Shown here: piece after piece, positions 38,409 to 50,043 of the stretch
Layout of the letters: each line of letters begins with the position of its first letter
Numbering within the stretch: the stretch's first letter is position 1
Origin: Octopus bimaculoides
Taxonomy: Eukaryota
Assembly (NCBI RefSeq): GCF_001194135.2
Contig: NC_068983.1
Coordinates: forward strand, 163,925,968-163,989,967
DNA length: 64,000 bases
Direction of reading: 5' to 3'
Made by a program: the position numbers and the translations under genes
The notes under the pieces: model-generated
Told to the model about the DNA's origin: nothing
What the model saw: the letters and a program-made list of their open reading frames with translations, nothing else
Database searches by the model: none

Positions 38409-39780
38409 GAGATCCGAGCCATTGATGTGAAAATACGGAATATACTAACAAACACACATAAGCAGTGATGTAGACCACCTCTACCTAAAAGGAAAAAAAG
38501 GCGGCAGAGGCTTAACATCGATCCAAAACGCCTTTGAATGTCGTATCATATCCCTTCGGCAACATCTTTTAACCACCAATTGTCGAAGTGCATCCCTTGA
38601 CCAAATTTCCATACATGAGGCTGATAACATCATAAGACTTAGAAGGCAGGTCGTTGAGCAATATTCCTTGTCTGATAACCTAGAATACAAGCCCAAAGAA
38701 GTAGCACAACTCTACTGCAACATATCATCAGATGAAAGGATGAGGCTATATGAGCAGAAGGCTACGCATAGATATGTTAGAAGAAAGCTTCGTGATGATA
38801 GTAACATCGATCATCAAAGCAATTTCTCACGGACTAATAGCCGGATTACTACCTCCCACTTTGAAGGGTATAACTTTGAAATCCAGGAACAGGAAATATC
38901 AACCAAGTACATGATGCACAAAAGAGATAGAGATGCGGGAAAACCTGTAAAATGTGACAACCGATGCTGACTTTGTGGAGTTCACACTGAAGATATCACC
39001 CACATCATAAGCAGTTGTACGAAAATTTCATCATGGTATTATCTGCCGATGAGACATGATGTTGTAGCTAGGACACTTTATTATGAAATTCGTCGGAAGG
39101 ATAGTCCCGAGGACAAAGAAATAAGAACCCACAATATGGTAGAAGCCATAGCCATTCATAATAATAAAAAAAAAGGAATGCTGGTTGAATGCCCCCGTGA
39201 AGACCTCAAAAAATGTAAGAACAACAGACCTGATATAATGATTTGGGATAGAGAAGAGAAACTGTATACAGTTGTGGAAATTAGCTGCCCAGCGGATGTT
39301 TACATCAGTGAAAAAGAGAACACCTATGCTGAACTATTGAAAAATCTGCAGTTACTCTATCCAGATTACAAGTTCAGGTTTATACCTGTAATTATTGGGG
39401 CCCTGGGATATGTAACACACTGCCTAAATACCAATCTTGAGAAATTAGGCTTCTCAAAATCACAAAGGAGACAGCTAATTCGAAGACTACAGATCTAAGC
39501 CATTACCAGAACGGTAAAAATCTGTAAAACTTTCCAGAAGTTTATCATTTAAATATATATATGTCTAGATATGCAAGTGTATGCATGAGAATACATACAT
39601 AAAACATACAGATCTGCACATACATAAATACGTACATACATGCATGCATACATACATACATACATACATACATACATACAAAAATAGACTTGTTCATGTT
39701 GAAATTCCAATGAAGGAACCTTGGATCTAGGTTAGAAACCGGTTCTTTCTCTATTACCAAAAAATCTTGAAATAAACTGA
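38409..39780 (+). mobile_element. 5'-truncated RLE-type non-LTR retrotransposon (second family), frameshifted
   Basis: EIRAIDVKIRNILT..SDVDHLYLKGKKGGRGL (RT C-term), C*LCGVHTEDITHIISSC (CCHC), NNRPDIMIWDREEKLYTVVEISCPAD (RLE), 3' UTR with internal (CATA)n. Confidence 0.9.
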
Positions 39781-39879
39781 CTAACGACACACACACACAC
39801 AAACACAAACACACACACACACGCGCGCACATAGATGATCAGGTTTATCTTTCCTTACCCAGTAATTTCCTTGAACGAA

Positions 39880-40200
39880 GCCGTATAGGATTGTCTCCTC
39901 TGGATCAATACGTACTGCAAAAGAACCAAATAAATACGCACAAATGGACATAAATGCTACAGCGAAGGACATTAGGACACTTATGCAGCAGAAGCACGTT
40001 TTGGATTAGAATCGAATGGGAATTTAACGAGAAGAAAACTGTAATAAGCAAGTTTTGAAGATGTCTAATTCTCCATTCTTCTTTATGATGTCTCGATTCT
40101 AAACTCCTTATGCTGAACGAAATCCAACGAAGTAAACTCGGTATTTACTTATTGATTGAAGTAACATGTAATTGTTTATCTTAAACAATCCTACATGTTC
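39880..40200 (+). mobile_element. Highly degraded RTE-like LINE remnant
   Basis: Fragments AAEARF / RIEW..EKKT / NKQVLKMSN echo EAAEMWF.RR.LRISW.EK.TNEEVL. Confidence 0.35.
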
Positions 40201-40382
40201 CCTGTCATTTTATGTGGTTAGCCAGATATGGATTATAATATTACAGTGCTAATATTGTACCTACTCGGATTTCAAATCCCTATTCCTTTACATTATCTAT
40301 CTATCTATCTATTTATATATCTATACATACGTACAAACACACACACATATATACATAAATACATACACACACACACACACAC

Positions 40383-40417
<35 letters not shown>

Positions 40418-40565
40418 NNNNNNNNNNNNNNNNNNNNNNNNNNNNNNNNNNNNNNNNNNNNNNNNNNNNNNNNNNNNNNNNNNNNNNNNNNNNNNNNNNN
40501 NNNNNNNNNNNNNNNNNNNNNNNNNNNNNNNNNNNNNNNNNNNNNNNNNNNNAAATATACATGGA

Positions 40566-41052
40566 TTAGCATGAGTTGCTTCTCCAACATACTGAAAATT
40601 TAGAAATAGCAGTCAAATTACTACTGATTCCAAACTACAAATTTTTTTCTCTAACGGATGGCGATATTTATGGCACACACAGAACAAAAACAGAAGAGAA
40701 AAGCAAAAACAAACCTGCCTTTAGTTAATCGTGTACGACGTTTCACGGTTAAGAGTATGAAGGTACTCTATTCCGATCATCAGCACAATATTCGAATAAA
40801 TTTGAAAGTGTCTATATAACTCATGGGAATTTTGATCATGCGACATCAAAAACAGATGAGGAAGGCACTTACAAAATTTATCGGCTAGTAAGTTCAAACA
40901 CTTCACTCCAAAGAATCTATTCCATGTACGCCACAAATAGTGCCGCATAAATATCGCCATCCGTTAGAGAAAAAAATTTGTAGTTTGGAATCAGTAGTTC
41001 TTTGACTGCTATTTCTAAATTTTCAGTATGTTGGAGAAGCAACTCATGCTAA
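40566..41052. repeat. Fold-back element: 107-bp near-perfect inverted arms around a ~270-bp spacer
   Basis: 40566-40672 is the reverse complement of 40946-41052 with only 2 mismatches (CAAATTACTA vs CAAAGAACTA). Confidence 0.85.
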
Positions 41053-41062
41053 NNNNNNNNNN

Positions 41063-41107
<45 letters not shown>

Positions 41108-41114
41108 GCTTATG

Positions 41115-41520
41115 AATTTGTGTTACTAGATTTCTGATGTAAACCTGGAAGCGTACAACGAAGATCTCTCAATTGCTGGACATGTTCCGTCGACTCGACC
41201 TACGTTCTAACCTGGGTATTTCTTACTGGAGCAGAGTGAGCGATAAAGAGGTGACGGGAAGTTTGCAGAATATGAAGACTAAGCGATGTAAATGGTTTAC
41301 TGGTCATGTGAGGCGTGATTACTGCAAGAGAGACCTGCTACCATGGTGATAGAGTGAACGCCGGAAGGAGGAAAATGGCCGAGTGGAAGATGAAGGTATA
41401 TGTGTCGTATGACATTCCGGAACGATATGATAATGATAGGAGTTGGCCAGACTGGAGCTAAGAAGAAAGCGAAGAATCGAGATGTTTAGAGAAGGCTCGC
41501 TGCCCGTTGACAGCATTGGA
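41115..41520 (+). mobile_element. RTE-clade LINE 3' remnant
   Basis: TWKRTTKISQLLD / LGISYWSRVSDKEV / KWFTGHV match the RTE RT C-terminal ETW...ILGISW.DRVSNEEV...RWFGHV pattern. Confidence 0.65.
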
Positions 41521-41692
41521 GGATCAAAGAGCTGAGAGAGAGATGCGTGCGCTCGTCCGTGTATGTGTGTGTGTGTTTGTGTGTGTGGTTGTGTGTGTGT
41601 GTGTTTGTCTGTGTGTTTATGTGTGTGTTTGTGTGTGCATTTGTGTGTGTGCTTGTGGCCTAGCGTTTTATTTGGACAAACACAAGTACTAG

Positions 41693-41738
<46 letters not shown>

Positions 41739-41769
41739 CGAGGGGCTTCGAGGGGCTTCGAGGGGCTTC

Positions 41770-41905
41770 GAGGAGCTTCGGCACACTTTCTTTCTACGAA
41801 ATCCAACTCGAGACTATAGCAGACGGCACGTGCTCAAGGTGCCACGCTGTGTGATAGAACCTAGAACCACATGGCTGCAAAGTGAATATTTTGACCGCAA
41901 ATGCT
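41770..41905 (-). mobile_element. SINE family B head, diverged
   Basis: gagactatagcagacggcacgtgctcaaggtgccacgc...gaaccacatgg. Confidence 0.6.
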
Positions 41906-42893
41906 TTCTTGTTAGTATTTACAAATACGAAACGATTAATCATAAATACTGAGGTGAAACGTGTAAGATGCATCTTTGCAAATATATCTCCCAGGTTTGC
42001 ATTAAGACATCACTGTTTAAGAATTAAAATCTGTTCCAATTAGTATTGCAGCATCATTAGCTCCCTTCACAATATTGGTATGAGGCACACAAATCTATTT
42101 TAGATTCTGGAATTAAATTTGTTTACCTCTCAACACGGTTTGTATTTGGCTGTGGTTCCAGATGGCTGCTTTGGCAAGAACTCAATTTAATGTGTACAAC
42201 TCTGTATATTTGGAGGAGAATTGCTGTGCAGTTTTTAGGTTTTCTCTACAAATTTATAAATCCGGTCCATGTACAAGTTTTATTAATCTCCATGATTGAA
42301 CATATGTATTGCGTGACTAAATTAACAATTGTTGAAAACTAATAATTTATTAAAAACACGATTTTTATTTGTCTTTTTAAATTTAGTCATGTAATATTTA
42401 AGCACTAGCTGACTGCCATCAGCTTTTGAAAGCAAACGTTCTGAATCACAAAAGATATCAAGAAATAAACAAATGAAATCTATTCATAATTTAGTAAATT
42501 TCAGTTAAATAAATTAGGTTTGAGCTACAATGTTGTTCATGTGCTGTTAGTAATTATATTTAAATTTTTAGATTTCGTTAAGATAAACACAACAGCATAA
42601 ACATTTATTTGTTCAATGATATTAAAGTTGATCGGCTCCGAGTTGGATAACAATCCTTATTTATAAATTATCTATCAACAGAAATCATTTAGCGAAATAT
42701 TCCTGTTCTTTTATCTTAAAAAGAAAACGAAATGGGTTCAGTTTTGATATTTCTAAAACCAATTTAATTAGATCAGTTTTGGAAGAGTTTTCTTTGTATA
42801 TTAACTGTGGAAACTTGGTGTGAATATCTACGCACACACACAGACACACACACACAGACAGACACACAGACACACACACAGACACACACAGAC

Positions 42894-42975
42894 GAACTCA
42901 CACACACACACGAACTCACACACACACACGAACTCACACACACACACGAACTCACACACACACGAACTCACACGC
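42894..42975. repeat. 18-bp minisatellite (GAACT + CA run) x5
   Basis: gaactc at 42894, 42912, 42930, 42948, 42964. Confidence 0.9.
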
Positions 42976-43069
42976 ACATCTACTCATAGACTTATTTATA
43001 GATGCACGCACTCTCACCCATATCTCTATATTTGTATGTATGTGCAAATACACACACAACTGTGCGCGC

Positions 43070-43111
<42 letters not shown>

Positions 43112-43121
43112 GTGTGTGTGT

Positions 43122-43446
43122 GCAAGCGTGTGGCCTTGTGGTTAGAGTATTCGGTTCACGATCCTAAGATCGTAAGTTCAATTCCCGGCAGAGAGTTGTG
43201 TCCTTGAGCAAGACACTTTATTCCACGTTGTTCCAGTCCACACAGATGGCAAAAATGAGTTGTACCTGTTATTCAAAGGGGCCAACCATGTCACATTTTC
43301 TATCACAGAGAATATCCTTGAGAGCTATGTTAAGGGCACGTGTGTCTGTGGAGCGCTCAACCAATTTCCTATCAATTTCACGAGCCATCTGTTCCGTTGA
43401 TTGGACCGACTGCAACTCTTGTGGTCGTCATCGATGGAGTGCCAAC
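43122..43446 (+). mobile_element. SINE family G
   Basis: gtggccttgtggttag...agttcaattccc head, gtgtccttgagcaagacactttattccacg, A-type tail ending ggagtgccaac. Confidence 0.82.
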
Positions 43447-43683
43447 TGACTTGAGACACTCCTCCTGCCTTCGGTTCGATTTTCTCCTCTAATATAATAT
43501 ATACTGGCTAGAACGAAACCTTAATAGGGATCCCTAGATCCAGCCTTAGCTGTGATCTTGGAACAGTTAGGTCGACCGACTATACCACTTACCCATTCGT
43601 TTAGATCACAACTGAACTAAGCCCCTCATATTCTACACACGCGAACACACACACACAATCACATGCACACACGCACATATATT

Positions 43684-44217
43684 GTCGCAGGAGTGGCTGT
43701 GTGGTAAGTAGCTTGCTTACCAACCACATGGTTCCGGGTTCAGTTCCACTGCGTGTCACCTTCGGCAAGTGTCTTCTACTATAACTTCGGGCCGATTAAA
43801 GCCTTGTGAGTGGATTTGGTAGACGGAAACTGAAAGAAGCCTGTCATACATATATATATATATATANNNNNNNNNNNNNNNNNNNNNNNNNNNNNNNNNN
43901 NNNNNNNNNNNNNNNNNNNNNNNNNNNNNNNNNNNNNNNNNNNNNNNNNNNNNNNNNNNNNNNNNNNNNNNNNNNNNNNNNNNNNNNNNNNNNNNNNNNN
44001 NNNNNNNNNNNNNNNNNNNNNNNNNNNNNNNNNNNNNNNNNNNNNNNNNNNNNNNNNNNNNNNNNNNNNNNNNNNNNNNNNNNNNNNNNNNNNNNNNNNN
44101 NNNNNNNNNNNNNNNNNNNNNNNNNNNNNNNNNNNNNNNNNNNNNNNGTCGATTTGTTCGACTAAAGGCGGTGCTCCAGCATGGCCGCAGTCAAATGACT
44201 GAAACAAGTAAAAGAAT
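43684..44217 (+). mobile_element. SINE family B spanning a gap
   Basis: Clean head before the gap and tail (gtcgatttgttcgactaaaggcggtgctccagc...) after it. Confidence 0.88.
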
Positions 44218-44263
44218 GGTCCGAGAAAAGTACGTGTGCCGTTACTGGCTGCAGTGAATGCAC

Positions 44264-44342
<79 letters not shown>

Positions 44343-44510
44343 TATGTATGTATGTATGTATGTATGCATATATGTATGTATATTATGTATATTTTCTTAG
44401 ACACACTGTTGTTTGTATTCGTACTTCAGCTTCTATAGTTTTAGTAGATATATGTGTGAGTGCGTCATCCATCCAACCTTCCATCCATCCATCCAACCAT
44501 CCAACCATCC

Positions 44511-44558
<48 letters not shown>

Positions 44559-44962
44559 CGCTCTTCCTCCCTCTCTCCCACCCTCTCTGCCCCCTCTCTC
44601 TCTCTAGCCACCCTTTTTTAAAAATCTATACACTCTCGCACAGACACACACACATATATATAAGAGAGGAAGAGAGAGAGAGAGATTAATGTTTTTTCAG
44701 TAAGACTAATGTTTTTTACGGTAAAACTTTTATACCATAACATCTTTTATGTGAAAATATTTTGTATCTTTATTTTCATATATATTGTTATAGACACCTA
44801 ATAGAAATATTTACGTCCAATGTTAAAAAAATAAAAATTGCTTTATTCATATGTATATGTAAACATTTAGCGTATTTTCGACCAATCTGATTTTCTCCCA
44901 ACTGTCTATGCGCGCGGGCGCGTTACTGTCTCTGTGTGTTTGTGTGTGTGTGTGCGTTTGTG

Positions 44963-45011
<49 letters not shown>

Positions 45012-45499
45012 AAAGTTGAGTGTCGATGTATTGAATTTTGTACATATATTTATTTTATATATTGAAATTTACCTCTTAGTTCGAGGAAAGAGAACAAAAG
45101 TCTTGCTATTACCATTAACAAGTCTCTGTAAACAGGAGATCGTTGCAAAATATGAATAAACAGTTTCTTAAAACACACATGCCTATCATTGAACGATGAC
45201 GGGAATATCAAAAGAGGGACCTGTCTTACATGTCAGTTCGCAGCGTCTGCGTATCTGGTCACTGCTGCTGCTGAGGAGGAGATAACCACTCCGAAATGCA
45301 TGCATTCAACAATCTGTTTAGGGAGAACTGTGGGCTGGCTCGCTGTATTTACATCGAGTCAGTCTACAGCGAGAAATGTTTTCTGTGATGCTGAATAACT
45401 TTCTTTCCGGTTCGAATATGCCTCCGGCATGTTTGAACTGGCAACAATTTTAAATTAGCGCAGTCACCCTGTATAATATATGTCTGTGTTTATGGGGTG

Positions 45500-45830
45500 G
45501 GTATGAGGTGTGAAGAAGGGACAGTATCTTTGGCAGTGACCCTGCTGATCACTCTCCAGCACAGCTCGTCTGCAGCTGGCTCTCTCTATTACCAAATTCT
45601 TACTTGCAGGCCCACAATCTATATGTATCTAGTTCGCTTCCTTCTGGGCAACGATCCTAAAGGTCTGTCGCTTTACACATGTCAAGACTGCGTCCTTGGC
45701 AGAGTGTGTGCAGGAAACCAAACCAGCAGTGTTCAAGTTTTGACAACTTGAAAGCTGATATTCGGCAACGTAGCGGTGTGTCGCTACGTCAGAGCACAAT
45801 GAGACGCCTAGATCGTCGTGGTCATCTCAC
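45500..45830 (-). mobile_element. RTE-like LINE remnant
   Basis: Minus frames WFGFLHTLCQGR and AADELCWR resemble RWLGHV.RM.DGR and LA.DR..WR. Confidence 0.45.
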
Positions 45831-46032
45831 TCTATCTCTGATATATAGCCAGTCGTGGTAATAGCAAGAAACCATTGGTCAAGGACAAAATATCGAGGTT
45901 AGACACCGGATACATTCGTCTCTCATGATTACCCATAATACAGAGCAATTCTAATCTCAAACTTTTTAGAAACATAATCAGACGACGAGACTTCCGCTAC
46001 GGAGATCGGAGTATTACACGCGTCAGCTATCC

Positions 46033-46164
46033 ATTTGTTCGGCAATTTCCGTAGAAAAATTTTGTTTCTTTTAATTTTTTTCTGCTGAACAATGAAAAAC
46101 ACGATCTACACACACGCGCGCGCACACAGACACACACACAGACACAGACACACACACACACACA

Positions 46165-46204
<40 letters not shown>

Positions 46205-46871
46205 AATTGTCTTCTTGCCCACAAGCGAGTTCAACTGAAATATACACTCGGACATACACTCGCATACACACTCATATATACATACATATATATACATACA
46301 CATGTGAAGGCGCAATGGCCCAGTGGTTAGGGCAGCGGACTCGCGGTCATAGGATCGCGGTTTCGATTCCCAGACCGGGCGTTGTGAGTGTTTATGGAAC
46401 GAAAACACTTAAGGCTCCACGAGGCTCCGGCAGGGTTGGTGGCGAACCCTGCTGTACTCTTTCACCACAACTTTCTCTCACTCTTTCTTCCTGTTTCTGT
46501 TGTACCTGTATTACGTTAAGAGTACACGTGTCTGTGGAGTGCTCAGCCACTTACACGTTCATTTCACAAGTAGACTGCTTCATAGATCGGATCAACTGGA
46601 ACCCTCGTTGTTGTAACCGACAGAGTGCCACATGCACATACATACACAAATACACATGCATATTTTATATTTTCAAAAACCGCTTACGCTTATACATGTA
46701 GGAATGTATGTACGTATGTGTGTATGTATGTATATATATGTATATTTGCGTATGTGAGTATATGTATGTGTTTATGTGCTTGCATGCATCTTTATGTATT
46801 TATAGGTCTGTGTATGAGCTGAAAAAAAAAATAAAGAAAATAATATTTTTAACGGAAATTGCCGAACAAAT
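46033..46871. mobile_element. Putative MITE defined by 20-bp perfect inverted ends, with a nested SINE
   Basis: ATTTGTTCGGCAATTTCCGT (46033-46052) / ACGGAAATTGCCGAACAAAT (46852-46871). Confidence 0.6.
46304..46630 (+). mobile_element. SINE family A (short internal deletion)
   Basis: GTGAAGGCGCAATGGCCCAGTGGTTAGGGCAGCGGACTCGCGG...GTTTCGATTCCCAG...ACAGAGTGCCA. Confidence 0.92.
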
Positions 46872-47343
46872 CACTTCAGTTTGGTGATACCATCTCCGAA
46901 GGATAGCTCGCGTGTCTGTGATAACGAAATGCTGGGCTTCCGTTGTTTCCTGGCATGTGACTGTATTTTACATTGGTGATTCTTTCTAAGAAGCACTGCT
47001 GGAATTTCTCAACTGCAGTCTTTGGTCATCTTCGAAAACGAAGGAAGAATACGAGCTGTATTTGTATGTAGACGCATGTATATATATAATGTTGTACATA
47101 TTTCTGGACGGAGAAATTGTTCTGAAAATGTAATATTTATCGAGTATTCTTTCCTCTCCCGTCTAACGTTTACAACGACGTGTGCAAGTATATATGCGTG
47201 GTGTGTGTGCATGAATTATACGTATGTATTATCTTGTATGTAAATGTACACACACACACACACACACACACACGCACGATCACAAACTTAGACCCACATT
47301 CATCCACACACATACATGTAGTGAGACAAAGAGAGAAAAGATT

Positions 47344-47384
<41 letters not shown>

Positions 47385-48071
47385 GGGAGAAGAAGAGCGA
47401 GAGGAGAGAATGAGAGCGAACTGAAGAGACGAAACGTGCTTATTGCTTTAGCAGTGGAAGAGAAACTACTTGCCAGGTCTGAGCAATGTTTCGCTTCTCC
47501 ATGTCATTGATTTCGTGTCGATACTTTCTCTAATGCGGTCTAAATTTAACCGGGGCATATTAATTCCATTTCCATACGCATGCCCTAACAATGGTTCCAA
47601 AGATACACAAATTGTTGTTTATTGTTGTCCTACTGTTAGCATTACTCCCTAGGTCAACAACCCCACCCCGCCCGCCTTCGTTCATTTCATTTATCACCAA
47701 TAAAAGTGTAACATTTGAATTGACAGCAATCATTTTAAGTGTAGCCAACAATGTGATGTTCCTGGCCTGTTTTACCACGTTTTGTCTTTTATTTATTTCA
47801 CTACAAAATAACAAATATTCCCCTCTATGTTGTTTGTCCAATCATTTTTATTTCAAATAATGTTTTGAATTGCTATTCTTTGTCATACGTTGATAAACAG
47901 CAATCTCTCGTTGGTTTCTTGTCGTTTGTCATCATCATAACATTCACATCAGTTTAACAGACGAGACAACGAGGCAATATCGTATGACAATATTTCAATT
48001 TTTATTACTGATGCTAGAAACTATATTCTGGTCGTGATTATAATATGTCTCTCACACACTCATATATATAT

Positions 48072-48116
<45 letters not shown>

Positions 48117-48710
48117 NNNNNNNNNNNNNNNNNNNNNNNNNNNNNNNNNNNNNNNNNNNNNNNNNNNNNNNNNNNNNNNNNNNNNNNNNNNNNNNNNNNN
48201 NNNNNNNNNNNNNNNNNNNNNNNNNNNNNNNNNNNNNNNNNNNNNNNNNNNNNNNNNNNNNNNNNNNNNNNNNNNNNNNNNNNNNNNNNNNNNNNNNNNN
48301 NNNNNNNNNNNNNNNNNNNNNNNNNNNNNNNNNNNNNNNNNNNNNNNNNNNNNNNNNNNNNNNNNNNNNNNNNNNNNNNNNNNNNNNNNNNNNNNNNNNN
48401 NNNNNNNNNNNNNNNNNNNNNNNNNNNNNNNNNNNNNNNNNNNNNNNNNNNNNNNNNNNNNNNNNNNNNNNNNNNNNNNNNNNNNNNNNNNNNNNNNNNN
48501 NNNNNNNNNNNNNNNNNNNNNNNNNNNNNNNNNNNNNNNNNNNNNNNNNNNNNNNNNNNNNNNNNNNNNNNNNNNNNNNNNNNNNNNNNNNNNNNNNNNN
48601 NNNNNNNNNNNNNNNNNNNNNNNNNNNNNNNNNNNNNNNNNNNNNNNNNNNNNNNNNNNNNNNNNNNNNNNNNNNNNNNNNNNATATATATATATACACA
48701 TACATACATA

Positions 48711-48884
48711 TAAGGCCAGCTCAACGTACCGGCAACTCGGGCAGTCGCCTGGCGCGCCATGTGCCCGGAGCAGGGGTAGGTCCAAGAAGGGCGTGACAAA
48801 GACAAGGAAGTTTTCCGGACGGTCAGCTTGTACACGTCGAAGTTCAGCTTGCCCAGGGCACCAGCAACCATAAGGCCAGCCCTG
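48711..48884. mobile_element. GC-rich hAT-like MITE (degenerate TIRs)
   Basis: TAAGGCCAGCTC...GGGCAGTCGCCTGG left end and GCCCAGGGCACC...AAGGCCAGCCCTG right end. Confidence 0.5.
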
Positions 48885-48945
48885 TATACATACACACATA
48901 CATACATACATACATACATACATACATACATACATACATACATAC

Positions 48946-49054
48946 ACTAGCGCAGCTACGGGTGGTCCACCCCGGGCGGCACTTTTCATCCTGTTGTAGG
49001 TTATTGCTGTAGGCAATATGTGGGCTCTGGGGGCGGCACATGTACTAACCACGC

Positions 49055-49058
<4 letters not shown>
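48946..49058. mobile_element. Small GC-rich MITE
   Basis: ACTAGCG...CGCTAGT inverted ends; internal GGGCGGCAC twice. Confidence 0.55.
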
Positions 49059-49100
<42 letters not shown>

Positions 49101-49102
<2 letters not shown>

Positions 49103-49263
49103 GAGAATATACAAAAAATAACAACAGACGAGGACAGGTGGTGTAAATAACAAAAGTATATATTAGTATGACGCTCGGGAATACGGAAAGTCTTTGACGT
49201 TTCGAGCTACGCTCTTCAACAGAAAGAATACGGAGACAAGGAGAAAAACACGGAGAAAAAAAA
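49101..49263 (-). mobile_element. Element E
   Basis: Colinear with 9323-9492; abuts (TA)n. Confidence 0.8.
49191..49227 (-). ncRNA. Minimal type I hammerhead-ribozyme-like motif, variant core, GUC triplet
   Basis: Minus strand UCUUU-CUGUUGA-A-GAGC(GUA)GCUC-GAAAC-GUC-AAAGA. Activity untested. Confidence 0.6.
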
Positions 49264-50002
49264 TTGAATAGTGTTCAGTCTCCCTCAATCTTCGTTGATT
49301 ACTATATCCGACGTCCATTCAAGAGTTGAGCTCACTTGAACGAGGAATTAAATATTTTTCTCGGAGGCCAGAACAGAATGTTTGGAATCTGAAGTCGATT
49401 GTTTACTGTTTCATTGACATGTCGAATATTTTATTGTTTCATTGAGCTTGTATTGAAACTGAGATCAATTATGGATGGTAGTGTTCAGCGGAAGGGAAGA
49501 TTTACTTCATGCGTCGATGCCATAAAACCGTGATAAACTCCTTGTTTTAGGAACATTACCTGTACAAGTTTGCGCATGTGGTATGAATTTATACATCCAT
49601 GTATGTGTGTATATATGCTTGAATGGTCTCTGTGTATGTGTAGTGTGATATATGCTGTGTACATGTATGTGTGTAAGCGGTCGTTTATTGATTATTTACA
49701 TCAACCATTGCTGCTGATCAACAGGTACATTTTACCTCCCCTTATTTTTCCTTCCATATTGAATAAACTATACTTATTGGTACTGACCCAGAATCAACTA
49801 ATCGATACACTAGTAGCACACAATTAGACATTAGGAGCAATAATAGATGTTACTTCGCTCTGCAATAGCTTTCCTTCGATTCTGGTAGCATTTCAAAATG
49901 AAGTCGTCCTGCTGTATTTTTCTTTATCTTTCATCATCACTGCGTTTTTTTTGATTCGGAAAAGCTTAAATAGCACAGAATGAATAGCAGATCTGTAAAG
50001 AA

Positions 50003-50041
<39 letters not shown>

Positions 50042-50043
50042 TA

